DNA of 46,778 nucleotides from Nemertoderma westbladi (taxonomy: Eukaryota > Animalia > Xenacoelomorpha), in NCBI GenBank assembly GCA_032718475.1, contig JAUCBJ010001450.1, forward strand, positions 1 to 46,778, given 5' to 3'. The position numbers were made by a program, and so were the translations under genes. The notes under the pieces were generated by a model. That model was not told the DNA's origin. It did no database searches and was given only the letters and a program-made list of their open reading frames with translations. Shown here piece by piece: positions 20,940-33,660 of the stretch (positions are counted from its first letter, which is position 1; each line of letters begins with the position of its first letter).

Positions 20940-23900
20940 ATGTCTGACACCCAGCAAAACCTGTCAGACAGTCTAATCGATACAACCATCTGTGACACAG
21001 ATAGGAGCGTGGAGCGATTAAGAAAGGAGTTCAGCTCACCTCCTACTGAAAGAAAGGTCATCCCTCCAGTAGTAGTATCAGACCCTAAGCTAATCCAACA
21101 CCGTAGGTCTATCATCGGCACTCGGGCCCAAGTCAAACGGAACCAGGAAGCAGCTGTCCAGCAGCAGCAACAGCCTAGTCAAGAAACTCGTTCCCAGCGA
21201 CCCGATAGCTCCAGTAGTTCGGATACTGTAGAGCTGACCCCCGAACGTGGAGTGCAGATGGCGGCTACAGCCTACTCGGATCCCCTTCTCACCCTTCCTG
21301 CCGCAGTGCTAACTACAATATTGATTGCGGTGGAGGAACATCAAGCCGATTGGGCGAGAAGTAAGCGAGCGACCCAAGATAGTTATGCGGGATACGCCAG
21401 GGAAGAATTGATGTCTATTGTCGAGTCACAATGGAACTTTCCCGGACCCGGACTCCCGTTAGATTTGTCCGAAGCTACTTGGGAAGATATACACAGGATG
21501 GGAGTGGCTAAAGATACGATGGATCCAGCTGTTTGGAAGAGGTCGGCAGCAGGATATGTGCAGGGATTCTTCGGCTCCTTAGAGCGATTGGAAGAACAAT
21601 TGTTTCGACAACCCCAAGGACCTCAAGAGCAGGAAGAGCTGCTTTATCAAGTACGTGAAAGAACCCTACGCATTAGACTAAGGTCTCAAAGTTCAAGAAA
21701 CGGCCCAGTGGAAATCCCAGCTGGCTGAGAGACCAACCTATGAAGAACCAACCGATGCCACCCTTTCTCAAGTGGAAAGCGAAGAGACAGCAGCAGAGAA
21801 GCCGCCCTCGAGAGACGCCATAGACATCTATCTGTCAGACTATCAACGCTTCTTGGGTGATGAAGAGTTGAGGAGACGGCTGTCTGGACTTTCCCCTAAT
21901 AGTGAAGGAACCAAGCTTGTGTTGGACTCAATCGATGCGGAAATGTTAGCTGCAAACCAAGCTAAATTTGATGAAAAACTCCGCCTCGCTAGAGTCCAAG
22001 AAGAACAAGTAAAGAAAAGACGGATAGAGGAACAAAAGGCGGCGGCCATGGCAGAAGCAGAAGTAGAAAGAAAGGCAGCGGCGGCAGAAGCAGAAGCAGA
22101 AAGAAAGGCAGCGGCAATAGCAATGGCAGAAGTAGAGGCGGAAAGAAAGGCGGCAAAGGCAGTGGCAGAAGCAGAACGGAGAGCGTCTGAGCAGACTACC
22201 CAACTGGAGTTGGAAAATCTGCAAGAGACGCAAGACAACATAAATAAACAGTTAACTGCTAGTCGAATGCAGATGATGAGACGATCTACTCCAAAACGCC
22301 AGGGATACACATCATCGGAGGAAAGCGAAACCACCGATCCTGAAGGCGGAGGAAATAGATCTCGTCTAAGCAGGCGTAGAAAAACATCTCACCGTTACCA
22401 ATTGCCTGATTTGCCCCCGGCGGTTAGAAGACAACTAACTAGCACAGACTTAGGTAGTACAGCACCCACAGACCAAATTATTAAGGTCAAAAGACTCCCT
22501 ACCATAGTTGATGAGCCTGAAATAATTAGGCCTGTCATTCCCAAATCCACTCCTGTGCTAGAGACCCCTGTACTTCCAGAGCTTAACTCTAAATTCCCTT
22601 TACACAGTACTACACTGCCTGTACCCGGTAGAACAGTCCATGAGAATATCCCTGTCCTGGGCACTGAGAGAGAAATCAAGGATTTGTCTCCCGTCGTCCC
22701 GCGTCGGCCCGCTACAATGTTGGCGACTCCCGCTTCGGCGGTCGAGTGGGTAGAGGAGGGACGTCGGGGGATGAATCTCCTGCTCGGACAGATGCAGGAG
22801 ACTGTCCACCAACTTAAGGGAACAGTAAGGGAAGGTAGGGCCGAATTGCAAGAAGTGCAGCAAAGTATCGCGCTAGAACGCGACAAATTAGTCAATATAC
22901 AAAAGGGTATACCAATACCCCCTGTAACATTGTGTCAACCTGTTAGGTCTGAAGTATTACATGCGCAAGGTGTGGAGCCTACACGCATCTATACTGCTAG
23001 TGAAGTAGAAACTCCTATAGCAAACCCTATTAAGGGTGATTATAAACCTGTTGTTAATGATATTCCCTATAGACCTGATAATGATCCGAGAAATTTATAT
23101 ACCGATAATTCGATATTAAATAACACGATGGCCCAAGAAAGCTTTACGCATCAGATGGCTAGAACAGAAGCCCGCCAGGCGGTCAAAGTGGGAGAGATCG
23201 TCAAATTCTATGGAGATGAGATGAAATGGTTACCTTTCAATGAATATTACAAAGACAGCATACAGAACTCTGTACTATCTAACGGAGAGAAACTTAGGTT
23301 CCTCATCAAGTGCTTGGAAGGACCCCCCTAGTTAATGGCGTTAAAGTTTATTGGACATCCAGAAGGATTAAGACAAGTTTGGGATACATTAAACATCAGG
23401 TATGGTAACAAGGATAACATAGCTAAGTATTTGTATGCAAAATTAGTAGCCCCCCGAAACTTCCTTAGTAGCGGGATTATAGAGTTTTCCGATGAGATTC
23501 AGGAGATCTGTAGACAATTGGACTGGTTAGGTAAGTCTCATGAATATCAGAGTTCCATGGTTATTGGAGCAGTAGTCTCTACTTTACCAAAGGGTGGAGT
23601 ATGTACACGCTGGGACAAGAAAGTGTTGTATATGAATGAGCAGCAACGATGAAGCCCTACCATGGCTGATCTCATGTCCTTCTTAGATGGTGAAGTAAAA
23701 CTACAACTCATCAAGCAGTCCAGAGAGAAAACATCGGAAAATAAGGTAAGTGAGAAACCCGCTTCTAGGAGAAGAGTAACACCGGTGTGTTACACTGACA
23801 ACGGCGAAAGCCAAGCTTCTCAAGAAGAGGACAGCGGGAAAGACACTGATCGATCTTACTACGTTGGCAAAACCTCAAAAGACGTAAGTAAATACAAGGC

Positions 23901-26900
23901 TCGAACCAACGATAGGAGAGAACAGGTTGCCAAGACCCCTCCTCAGTCTCCTAACAGAATGCACGGAAGAAAACCCGAAGAAAGAACGAGAGTGCATCAG
24001 GTTACCCAAGGTAAAGTGAGTAACATAAAACCTAACTGTGCGCTGTGCGACAGGACCCACCGTTTGAGTGCGTGTGCTGAATTTCTAAAGAAATCCCTTG
24101 TAGACAGACGTGCAGTCATGTGGGATAAGCGGTTATGCTATAATTGCCTCAGACCAGGACACCAACGGCGAACCTGTTACTCCGACGTAAAGTGTGCAAA
24201 GTGTGGCGCGAAACATCACATCTTGTTACACAGTGAGTTCGAACGAGACAAACCGAGTCAGGTAAGTGAGCCCGAACTACATGTCCAATTCAGTGATGTA
24301 AATGACACTGATCAAGAATCTGAGATGGAAGGATTCTATACTGACGAATTCTCCGACGCCAACGAATCCTGTTACCTAATCAATACCGCGGTGTATCGAG
24401 CACTTACTTATGAAAAGGACACCGAAAATGAGTTCCCCCCAACTACCTTTGACAGACAACCATCTTGGAAAGCTCCAACTTCCAACGTAGGAATCAGAGA
24501 ATTTCCTGTAGTGCAGGTAAGAGTTCACGGTCCTAACAAAAGTTACATAGTGAACGCCCTCCTTGACTCCGGCAGCACAGGAACATTCATCGATCAAGAA
24601 CTAGCCGAAGACATCTTTGCTGGACAACCCAAATTCCGGACTAAATTGAATATGTCAGGAATTATGCAGGTTTGGAAATCTACCCTAACGGCAGATTACT
24701 ATGTAGGTGTGTTGTCCACCCCCCAGGATAAATTAGGAGCACAAGGTATAATGTCGGTAAAAATGGTGGCTATAAAGAACTTCGCTACTACTCAAGCAGA
24801 CCTTTATAATTGGGACGAGGATGAGAGCATCCAACATCTTAAGATACCTCGATTCCAGACAGATTATCCTGGAGTGCAAATACTCATCGGCCAAAACGCG
24901 CATGAGGCGCTCGAGACATTGGAGAAACGGCCTGCTCAACCGCAGCCACTGCAAACCTATGCGGTAAGAACTAGAGTAGGTTGGTACTTTACTGGCCCTT
25001 CCCGCAGAACTCTCGAAGAGAGAATGCCACAAGAACGAATATACCAAGTAAACGATTGGGAAGTGGAGAGCAGTGAGGTGGAAGAACTAACTGAGGGAAC
25101 ACCATACTCCTCAGATAATGACGACATCTACCAACTCTTCGATGAAGAGAACACAATCGACCTACTTACAGAAAACAAAACGTGGAAAAACCAGGTGAAC
25201 CTATGTCAACTGATTCGCCCATCGGGACCCATTGATTACAATGACGAACTAAATGACGAGATAGAGCGCTGCAATGCTAGAACTCGGGACGAACTCGCCG
25301 TACGATTCTTTACTCAAGAACTGGTAGAGCCCAATTCATACGATAAGGCCCTATCGATAGAAGAAGAAAGAGCCAAGCAAATCCAGGAAACAACTACACG
25401 TTTTTTAAAAGACCAAGGTAGATATGAAATCGGCCTACCATTTCGAAAACGAGAACCTAGATTTATAAATAACAGACCCTTGGCAGAGAAAAGAATCGCT
25501 CAATTGCATCGACGCCTTACGGCTAATGCTTCAGCTAAAGAAATGTACCAAACTCAGTTGAAGAAATTTATAACAAAGGGATACGCTGAGCGAGTACCGG
25601 AAGGAACACCAGTGACTGAGAGAACGTATTACTTAACACATCATTACGTTCCTAAACCCGGTAAACCCCACGAAGTACGAGTCGTATTCGATGGCTCCGC
25701 TCTATATATGGGCCAATCCCTCAATTCCGAGTTGTTACCAGGACCCAACTTACTCCAATCTTTGTTGGGAATACTTTTAAGATTAAGACAATATTCCATC
25801 GCGTTCGCCTCCGATATAGAAGGAATGTTCTTACAAGTCAAGGCGCTGGATAGAGATAGAGACAGCCTGAGATTTCTGTGGTGGCCTGAAGGAGACCTCA
25901 ACCAGAAACCGGTAGAGTACTGGATGACCATCCAGGCTTTTGGGATCATATCAAGCCCTTCCAACGCCTGCTCCGTGGTGCGAACCACTGCGAATGACAA
26001 CCGAGACGCCTTCTCCAAAGAGGTGATAGACAACATCAAACGTAATATATACATGGACGACAATTTAAGGTCCCTTCCATCAGTAGAAGAAGCCATAGAT
26101 GTCGCGAAAGGAACGGTAGAGTGTTTGAAAAGAGGTGGATTTCGACTGACGAAATTCACCAGCAACTCCCGTGAGTTTCTGGAAGCGATACCGGTAGAAG
26201 ACCGAGGAGCGAAAGACTTAGATTTAATAAAGGACGATCTTCCAGAAACCAAGACGCTTGGCTTGAAGTGGGACACTGAAAGAGATATCCTGTTTTTTCA
26301 GCTAAAACAGTGAGATAATCCAGTTCGGACAAAACGGATTTGTTTAAGTATCCTGAGCACTTATTTCGACCCATTAGGATTTATTAGCCCAGTTATATTG
26401 ATTGCTCGGAGTTTAGTATAACAAATGTGGCTTGAAAACCACTCATGGGACGATCCGCTTAAGGGAGAACTGTTAAAGAAATGGATGAAATGGGAAGATT
26501 CTCTACCTGCCATCGAGAACTTTATAATTTCCCATGCATATTTTGGTCATGTTCTTCCTACGTATTCCTATCAACTCCATGTGTTTGGAGACGCCAGCGA
26601 CATGGGAATAGGTATAGTAGCATATCTGCGAGTCGAAACTCCGGATGGAATCAAAGTCACCTTGGTTACCTCTAAGGCATTGATTAACAACAAGTTAAAG
26701 GTTCCTCGAGCGGAGTTAAAGGCGGCTTTATACACTACAGCCATCGGCCGGAACGTAACAGAACAAATCGACTATCCACTGGAGAAAACGGTTTATTGGA
26801 CCGACGCTTTACTCGTGTTGGAGTATCTAACCAATGAAGTCTGTCAGTTCAGCGTTTTTGTTACTAACAGGGTAGCTATTATTCTTAGTCGCACAAAGAT

Positions 26901-28942
26901 AGATCAATGGAGACATTGCCCTGGTACGATTAATCCAGCTGATATCGCCTCCAGGGGAGCAACTCCACAGGAACTGATAGATACTCCAGACTGGTTGGGT
27001 GGACCCGACTTCCTGAGCAAGGAAGAGGATGAATGGCCTCCTCACCTTACTACGGCAGAGATTAGACAAGCCAAGGGAGCGGAGACAGTCAAACCTAAAA
27101 CCCGGGCGAGTAAATCGAAGTTATTTAAACCGACGATCGATCTATCTGTATTACATACTTCCGGAAATGATGCTTCGGATCCACAATCCCTCGCCACAAA
27201 TAAGTCTGTTGTGGAAATTAGAGATAGAGATTGGAAATCTGGAATACCAGACGTCTCGCAAGGAATCTCACCCCTGCTGCAGAGAGCAATGCATCACTAC
27301 AGTTCCTGGAATCGGCTCTGTAAAGCCGTCACATATTTAAGGAGATGTTTTCATCATCACTACTCCAGGACGAAGACCATTAGTGATACCGCTCCATTGA
27401 CATCTGCGCAAGTTCATGTTATTAAAAATTTACCCAAATATAAGACATCCGACCGTTTTCTAAAGGAGAAAATTAGTCACCAGGAGCATGAAGAAACCCA
27501 TAAGCAGATACTGAGACTCCTGCAATGCTATGAGGATTCCGATAAGTATTTCCTGTTGTTGAGAAATCTGCAGATGCGCTTAAGGGATCGATTCTCTAGC
27601 ACAATGATAGATGGGTTAATACGTGTTGGAGGAAGGCTCACCAATGCGCCATTATCCTTTGACACTAAATTCCCCATACTCATTAGAAATCTTGAAGTAC
27701 AAATCAAGATGATTGTAGATGTTCACAGTAAACTTTATCATGCTGGTAGAGAACGAGTTCTTAGCGAAATTCGAACTCGCTATTATTTTGATAAACCCCG
27801 TAGAGCTCTGAACCAAGTTCTTAGGAACTGCATACCCTGTAGGAAAGCATTCAGTAGGCCTTTAACACAGCGCGAGGCAGAATTACCTAGGGAACGAGTA
27901 AGCTTCTATGAACCACCTTTTACTAATACTGGTGTAGATTTATTTGGCCCTATTGAAGTATATCGTGCTAGGACTATAGTCAAGAGATGGTGTGTCATCT
28001 TCATATGCATGACTTGTAGAGCCATCCATCTCGACATGGTGAACGATCTATCTACCAACAGCTTCGTCTTAAGTTTACGCCGACAGATCGCTCGCTTCGG
28101 GACGAGTAATACCATGAGATCGGATAAGGGAACGAACTTCATTGGTGCCAACAACGAAATACAGGCTTACGTGAAGGACTGGAACCAAAGACAGGTGGAC
28201 GATCAGCTAAGGATAACAGCGTCTAGCTGGACCTTCAACGCCGCCGACGCCCCTTGGTGGGGAGGAAGTTGGGAGAGATTAATTAGAAGTGTCAAGACCG
28301 CATTTCACTTTATAGTGCCATGTCGCGCGTATCTCACCGACGAACTTTTGCGGACATTAATGGAGGAAATAGCTGCCTATCTCAACGAAAGACCGCTTAT
28401 GCCAGTCTCATCGAGTCCCGATTCCCTGGAAGCGCTAACACCCGCGCACTTCCTACTGAAGAAACCTGTAGCCATGCTCCCACGATCGGAGATTGCCGAC
28501 GGAGACGAATACTGCCGTCGAACTTGGCAACTTATGCAGTTGCTATCCCGTCGTTTCGCTGACCATTTCGAGAAACATTATCTGCCCACGCTACAACTTC
28601 GAACTAAGTGGTTTGCGCAGCAAGAAAACGTCAGCGCCGGAGATATGGTGCTTATTGTAGATCCAGACCTCCCACGTAAATGGTGGCAAACAGGTCGTAT
28701 CATCGAGACTCACATCTCGGATGATGGTTTAGTACGCTCGGTAGAACTCGTCGTCATGCGGCGTAACTTCAAGAAGCCAGGTATAATCTTTGAGACGCTC
28801 AACTTGACAACTCAACCGCCCAGTTGGTCGTTTATGTTTACTGGAAAGAGACAGAGAACTCTCCGGAAACTATGGAAGGCAAGACACTCTTCCCACGACC
28901 ACCTCCCTAATTCCTCAAACATCTAGGGACTCCCCAATGTGA
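20940..28942 (+). pseudogene. Element-2 Gag-PR-RT-RNaseH-IN polyprotein with in-frame stops (23329, 23650, 26311, 26419) and frameshifts (about 21700 and 28810)
   Basis: ORFs 21772, 23335, 23662 and 26425 share a frame. Gag Zn motifs CALCDRTHRLSAC, CYNCLRPGHQRRTC, CAKCGAKHHILLH; protease LLDSGS; RT SDIEGMFLQV and IYMDD; LHVFGDAS, YWTDA, NPADIASRG; IN HAG..CIPC, GVDLFGP, SDKGTNF, GGSWERL. The terminal RPVGRLCLLE lies in a shifted frame ending at TGA 28940. Confidence 0.95.
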
Positions 28943-29484
28943 TACGTCTGGAGTGGGTGTATGACTATATTATTTTATCTATTTTATTAGATTGTTATAT
29001 GCGAATTTTATTATATACTTTATTATAATCGTTTTTATTCAATTTTATTTAGTAGAAGGTTATTTTGGATTATTTGGTAGATTAGTGCAATATATTAGTG
29101 TTTATTACGTAATTACATATATATAATATATATTTAGTGTGACGGCGAGAAATAATTTTTTCTCTTTCCTTACTGTCCGTATCATATTATAAATACGTGA
29201 CTATAGTAAGATGAAATGTCCGTACTTATTAAAGTACAATAAAGCCACTACTATATTCAAGTATTATTGGTAGGCAGAGTATTAGGAATGCAAAGTTCAG
29301 ATCCTCGTGTCTCGGCAAAACCAAGCTCTGGGTAGACCTTGGAAACGACTTGCCTCTTCACACTGACATTGCTTCGTGCGATATTGCTCTTCTACCTTAT
29401 ATTAAATAATACATATAGTAGCGTGATGTCCATATAACAGTAGCGTAAAACGCAAATAAATCTGTTAAACCTTTTGACCATCTG

Positions 29485-29760
29485 TAATTCTAGTCGATTA
29501 AGATATCGCGGCACCCACCGATATACTTGAAAGACAAATTCTAGAATCAGTGGTTAACGTACCCAGACAAGTTCTGGAATAAATCGGTGCCCATCTTAAA
29601 TATTAATTTAATATTTATTAAAATCCGTAAAATTCAGATCCTTTAAAATTTCTAGTCAATTAAGATATCGCAGCACTTACAGATACTCTTAAAAGACAAT
29701 TTTCATAGAATTAAGGATCCTATGTCCCCAGACCTGCTCTGGAATCAAATTGTGTCAATT
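29485..29760 (+). repeat. Diverged direct repeat (period about 163 bp) in the AT-rich spacer between pol and the accessory ORF
   Basis: TTCTAGTC(G/A)ATTAAGATATCGC...AAAGACAA...CCAGAC...CTGGAAT at about 29488 and 29650. Confidence 0.75.
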
Positions 29761-30566
29761 GTACTATCAAATAATAAAATTCACGGGAATAAATTTAAAT
29801 TCATATTTTAAATGAATTTCATAAATTGTCATTTTGTGCAATTTATAACATTCCCAAAATTCCATTAATTAATAGATCATGGGAGCGGAGATTCATCCTA
29901 TTGAGTGTATTAGAGTGCGAGAATCTCCAACATATAGTCAATAGCCGATAAAATTAATAAAATCATGTATAAAGAGGATATTGACAATTAAAGAATTACT
30001 ATTAAATAGCATTCCAGATCTGTATGCATGAGAATTACCCTAATTCTACCACTAGCTTTCCATAATGTCACCATAGCAACACCCACGCTAGAATTAGAAG
30101 CAAGTTAAAAGAACAATAGAAAGCTTGTCACATTGCATAGCATAGAGAATACATAGCACACTGTTAGTATCCAAAGATACACAGTAATAACGTGACATTC
30201 TGGAAGGCACTGACTAACGGACAAATGGCCTGTATGTGTACAATTGGTGACAGTTGTGTGGAATTTGTGCGTTTATAGGTGAATGTTACTGCTAAAGTAT
30301 GTTTACAGTAGCTAGTCGCAATTGTGAAAGTAGCCCAACTCTCCTATAGAAAGAACCTAAAGTGGATTCAAGCCTTTGGGACGGACAGTGGAGTGACTTG
30401 TGCCGGTTATCGTTGTCGTGCTGTTGCTACATGTTGGCGTAAACTCCGTGACGACGGTACATCGGCGCTGAGAATCCCACTGTCCGGGGGCAAAGAGAGG
30501 TAGGCAGCGACGTCCGCTCGCCTAAACATAAACTCATTTCGATATTAATAAACTCAGATAGCAGAT

Positions 30567-32015
30567 ATGACGGAGTTGATAGAAGATGATCTTGGTATCA
30601 GGGAGCGATATACTCTACCTTTACAAGCATTTGTGGATAGCTTGATACGCGGTGAAACCGATCCAACCATTACGGAGGACGATGGTCGTTATATCGAACC
30701 GCCGATGTCCCAAGAGCAACTTACGCGTGAATTGGACTATCGAAAATTCACCGCTCGCTATACGCATCGTAATAGTACGTATATGGACTTCCTAACTACC
30801 GGCCATCCTATCGATTTACATGATACGGACGATGTAGACACCGAAAGGGAAATGGTTCTATTTAAATATCATACCCAGCGGAGTCGTAACGATAAACCGA
30901 GAATAGATCGCGAAAATTCGATTCGTAACAGACTGGGAAGACGAACCAATATGCCTAGAATCTGAGGAGATTCAGCCTATCGTGCCCGAAACAGCGACAA
31001 CGATTACATCCTAGAATGGTATCAAGGTCCACAGTGTCTCACTGCGTACAATTATCGCCATGCCAACTATGTTTCTCGGCAACGTTGTCGGTTATGCGCA
31101 TCGAGAGACCATGTTACGCCCATGGACACAAACGTCCGCTGTTCCTATTTCCACGAACAACCGGTGATGGAAATTTATTGTGCGTATTGCAGACTCAATA
31201 TCTTGCACATTTTTGCGGTTTGCCCTCAATTTATGACTCAATGTCACCATTGTCAACTAAAGGGACACGCCAGTTTCGATTGCCCTTTTAATCACGATTT
31301 GGAAAGCGTAGATGAAATGATCACACTACGTTACATCAGAGCTTGGGAAGCGAACGCTGATTTATATTGTGATTCTCGCCATCGCTATTATCCTGGACGC
31401 GCTTACGAAGGAGTTTATGCGTTCCATCCTTATCTATTCGCTTCTGTCGAACAGAAATCACGCATATCGAGTTACGAACTACTGAAGCGCGTCGGAGAAT
31501 GTATTTCAACCAAGTTCGTACGTAAATTTCTCAGGAGTGTTAATCCTAGCGACCTTCATTCCTATAACTTAATCAATTATATCCGTCAGGATCCGGACTA
31601 TGGAGACTTATTTGTTAACTCACACCCCGAGTTACAGGAAGTATATCGACGGCCTTACGAATACCGAGCCCGCGAACGCGAGTTGGAAAGAACCATTAAA
31701 CCCCGGAGGTTTCTAACTGCCTATGGTCCACCCACGGCTCTCGTTCAGACCACTCGTAAAGGACCCGTAAGAGCGGCTGTCTTAAAACGCGCTCTCAAAG
31801 CCGTTAGACCCCGCTCCCCCGACGTTGATGTCAATCAACCCGGCACTTCGACTGGCGGATACACCGACCATAATCCTACACCCTCTGATGCAATTATATT
31901 GCACCCTTCACCCAGGAGTTATAGCCCTCCTTGTAAGGTGGCTCGCCCCAAAGAGAAAAGGACTCTGGCCAGCTTTAAAAAACTGCGTAAACGCCGTCCG
32001 CGCAAGAAAGGCTAA
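30567..32015 (+). CDS. Element-2 accessory ORF (about 482 codons, one internal TGA at 30963): three zinc knuckles and a basic NLS-like tail
   Basis: ORFs 30567 and 31122 share a frame and the interval after the TGA is open. Motifs CRLCASRDH..C, CAYCRLNILHIFAVC, CHHCQLKGHASFDC; ends KKLRKRRPRKKG. Confidence 0.8.
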
Positions 32016-32093
32016 CTGTTTAGAGTATTTACATATATTAGAAACTGTGATTTTTGTATATTTATAAACTTGAATCCCATTTTCTGGGAGCGG

Positions 32094-33264
32094 TGTAAAA
32101 GCTTTTGCGGATATAATCAGTCCCCCTCGCCCGCAAGGTACCGTTATAGGTGTTTTAACGGACATAAAAGTCATTCTTCTATATGTGTGCTTTGGCGGAC
32201 ATGGTAAGGCAAAAAACCCGCAATGCGTCAAATACCCTGGCACAGCTTAGCCTTGATGATTCAGATTACGACATCTAACAGCTGGTTGCTGACATGGAAA
32301 CGGCCATTGGACACATGGTTCTTTGTTTAGCTTAACAGCCAATCAGAGCGATTTTTTCTGTCGATGTGGAGATATTTGGCAGATCGTGCTAGGAGTGTTC
32401 AGTCTTACTGTTTTTGTGATACTGTTGTGTTGTTTCTATCTAGGCCAGGAACACCGGCTCTAGAGTCAATTCGTTTCAGACTTTAGAAGAAACATTAGTA
32501 GGCTTAAATTATAGAGCGTATAACTGTTAGCTCAGTTCAGTCTTACATTATCGGTTCAACATACATTATTATACTGCTATTTACTGTTGTCATATTTTGT
32601 ATCAGTTGGTTGAATATTATTTGGAGAACATCTATAAAGAACCCAAATTTCCCAATTTTCTTGATACACTACAGGTTAGAGAGACGGGTTACATATAGCG
32701 ATTGCGACTTATATTATTGTGGTTTGTAGTGAATTTAATGCTATTTGATAAGCACTACATGAGTCAGTTGCTGTTCTCTTTATATATGATAAAATTCATT
32801 GACGGTCGGCAAATTAGTGAGCAGTATTGTGTGTTACCGGTAGTGTGCATGATTGTGGCTGATAACTAAGCATTTCCTAAAGAATGCGCCTCATACGTGA
32901 ATCATAAGCCTTACCGACTTACCGTTGTGTTTAGTACAAGTCATATCTCTGTTTACCTAGATAGAGCGCCACGTCCTAAAGGAACTGTTAATATTTCCCG
33001 AAAGTGAATAATATTAGTCAGAAATTATTTATTAACGATCAATCGAATAATACAGTAAGCTTACACTGCAATAACAATCTAAGCCCTCAGAATCCAGTCT
33101 CCCGGGTATATCCAGCGGGTGAATGGACGCGCACTAGGCTGGCTTCTGCTAATGTTGTGTTTATTGGTATTAAATATTTGTCAATTTCTAAAGTCTATTT
33201 ATAAACCAAAAGACATATAAATTTTGGCAGGTTAAACTGCTAAAGGTCTTCAAAAGCGCGTACA
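32094..33264 (+). repeat. 3' LTR of element 2
   Basis: TGTAAAAGC...GCGCGTACA, preceded by a short purine tract GGGAGCGG and followed by TSD AGGGG. Confidence 0.97.
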
Positions 33265-33269
33265 AGGGG

Positions 33270-33590
33270 AGTCCATGCTGGGCTCTAACTGCTGAGGACA
33301 CCAAATCTCTGGATGGCACATTCACAAGAATGCTACGCCGGGTTCATTGTTTCAAGTACAATGCACACATCTCCAACCAGACACTGGAGTGAATAAGCAT
33401 GGTGGACAGACCATGACTTTCTTGAGACGCTTCTTAAAGGACACTGGCCTTGAAGATGCGGATGATCTAGCAAATGTCATGGGTGATAGGGAGTTGCGGC
33501 GGCGCAATTTTGTAGACAAGCCGGCACAGCATTCTTGAAAATGCAGCTGCAATGCAGCATGCCGATCCTAGTAGTTGACTGGTAAATACA
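33270..33590 (+). mobile_element. 5'-truncated, internally deleted RTE-like LINE 3' fragment
   Basis: WALTAEDTKSLDGTFTRMLRRV-like translation, then DTGLEDADDLANVMGDRELRR. Homologous to 35645-35735. Confidence 0.75.
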
Positions 33591-33660
33591 ATTTTTTTTT
33601 TAGACCATAGCAACCAGGTGAAAAATGACTTCAAAGTTAGAAACTTTTACAATGTGCAGA

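Larger units (their letters stand above)
17495..33264 (+). mobile_element. Full-length Bel/Pao LTR retrotransposon, element 2 (15.77 kb); gag-pol plus a 3' accessory ORF
   Basis: Two 1171-bp TGT...ACA LTRs, TSD AGGGG at 17490-17494 and 33265-33269, and Bel/Pao Pol motifs. Confidence 0.97.

Noticed and set aside
23329-26421. Programmed readthrough or an alternative genetic code explaining the stops
   Set aside because: All three stop types occur, at positions not shared with element 1, and the SLC6 gene reads normally with the standard code.
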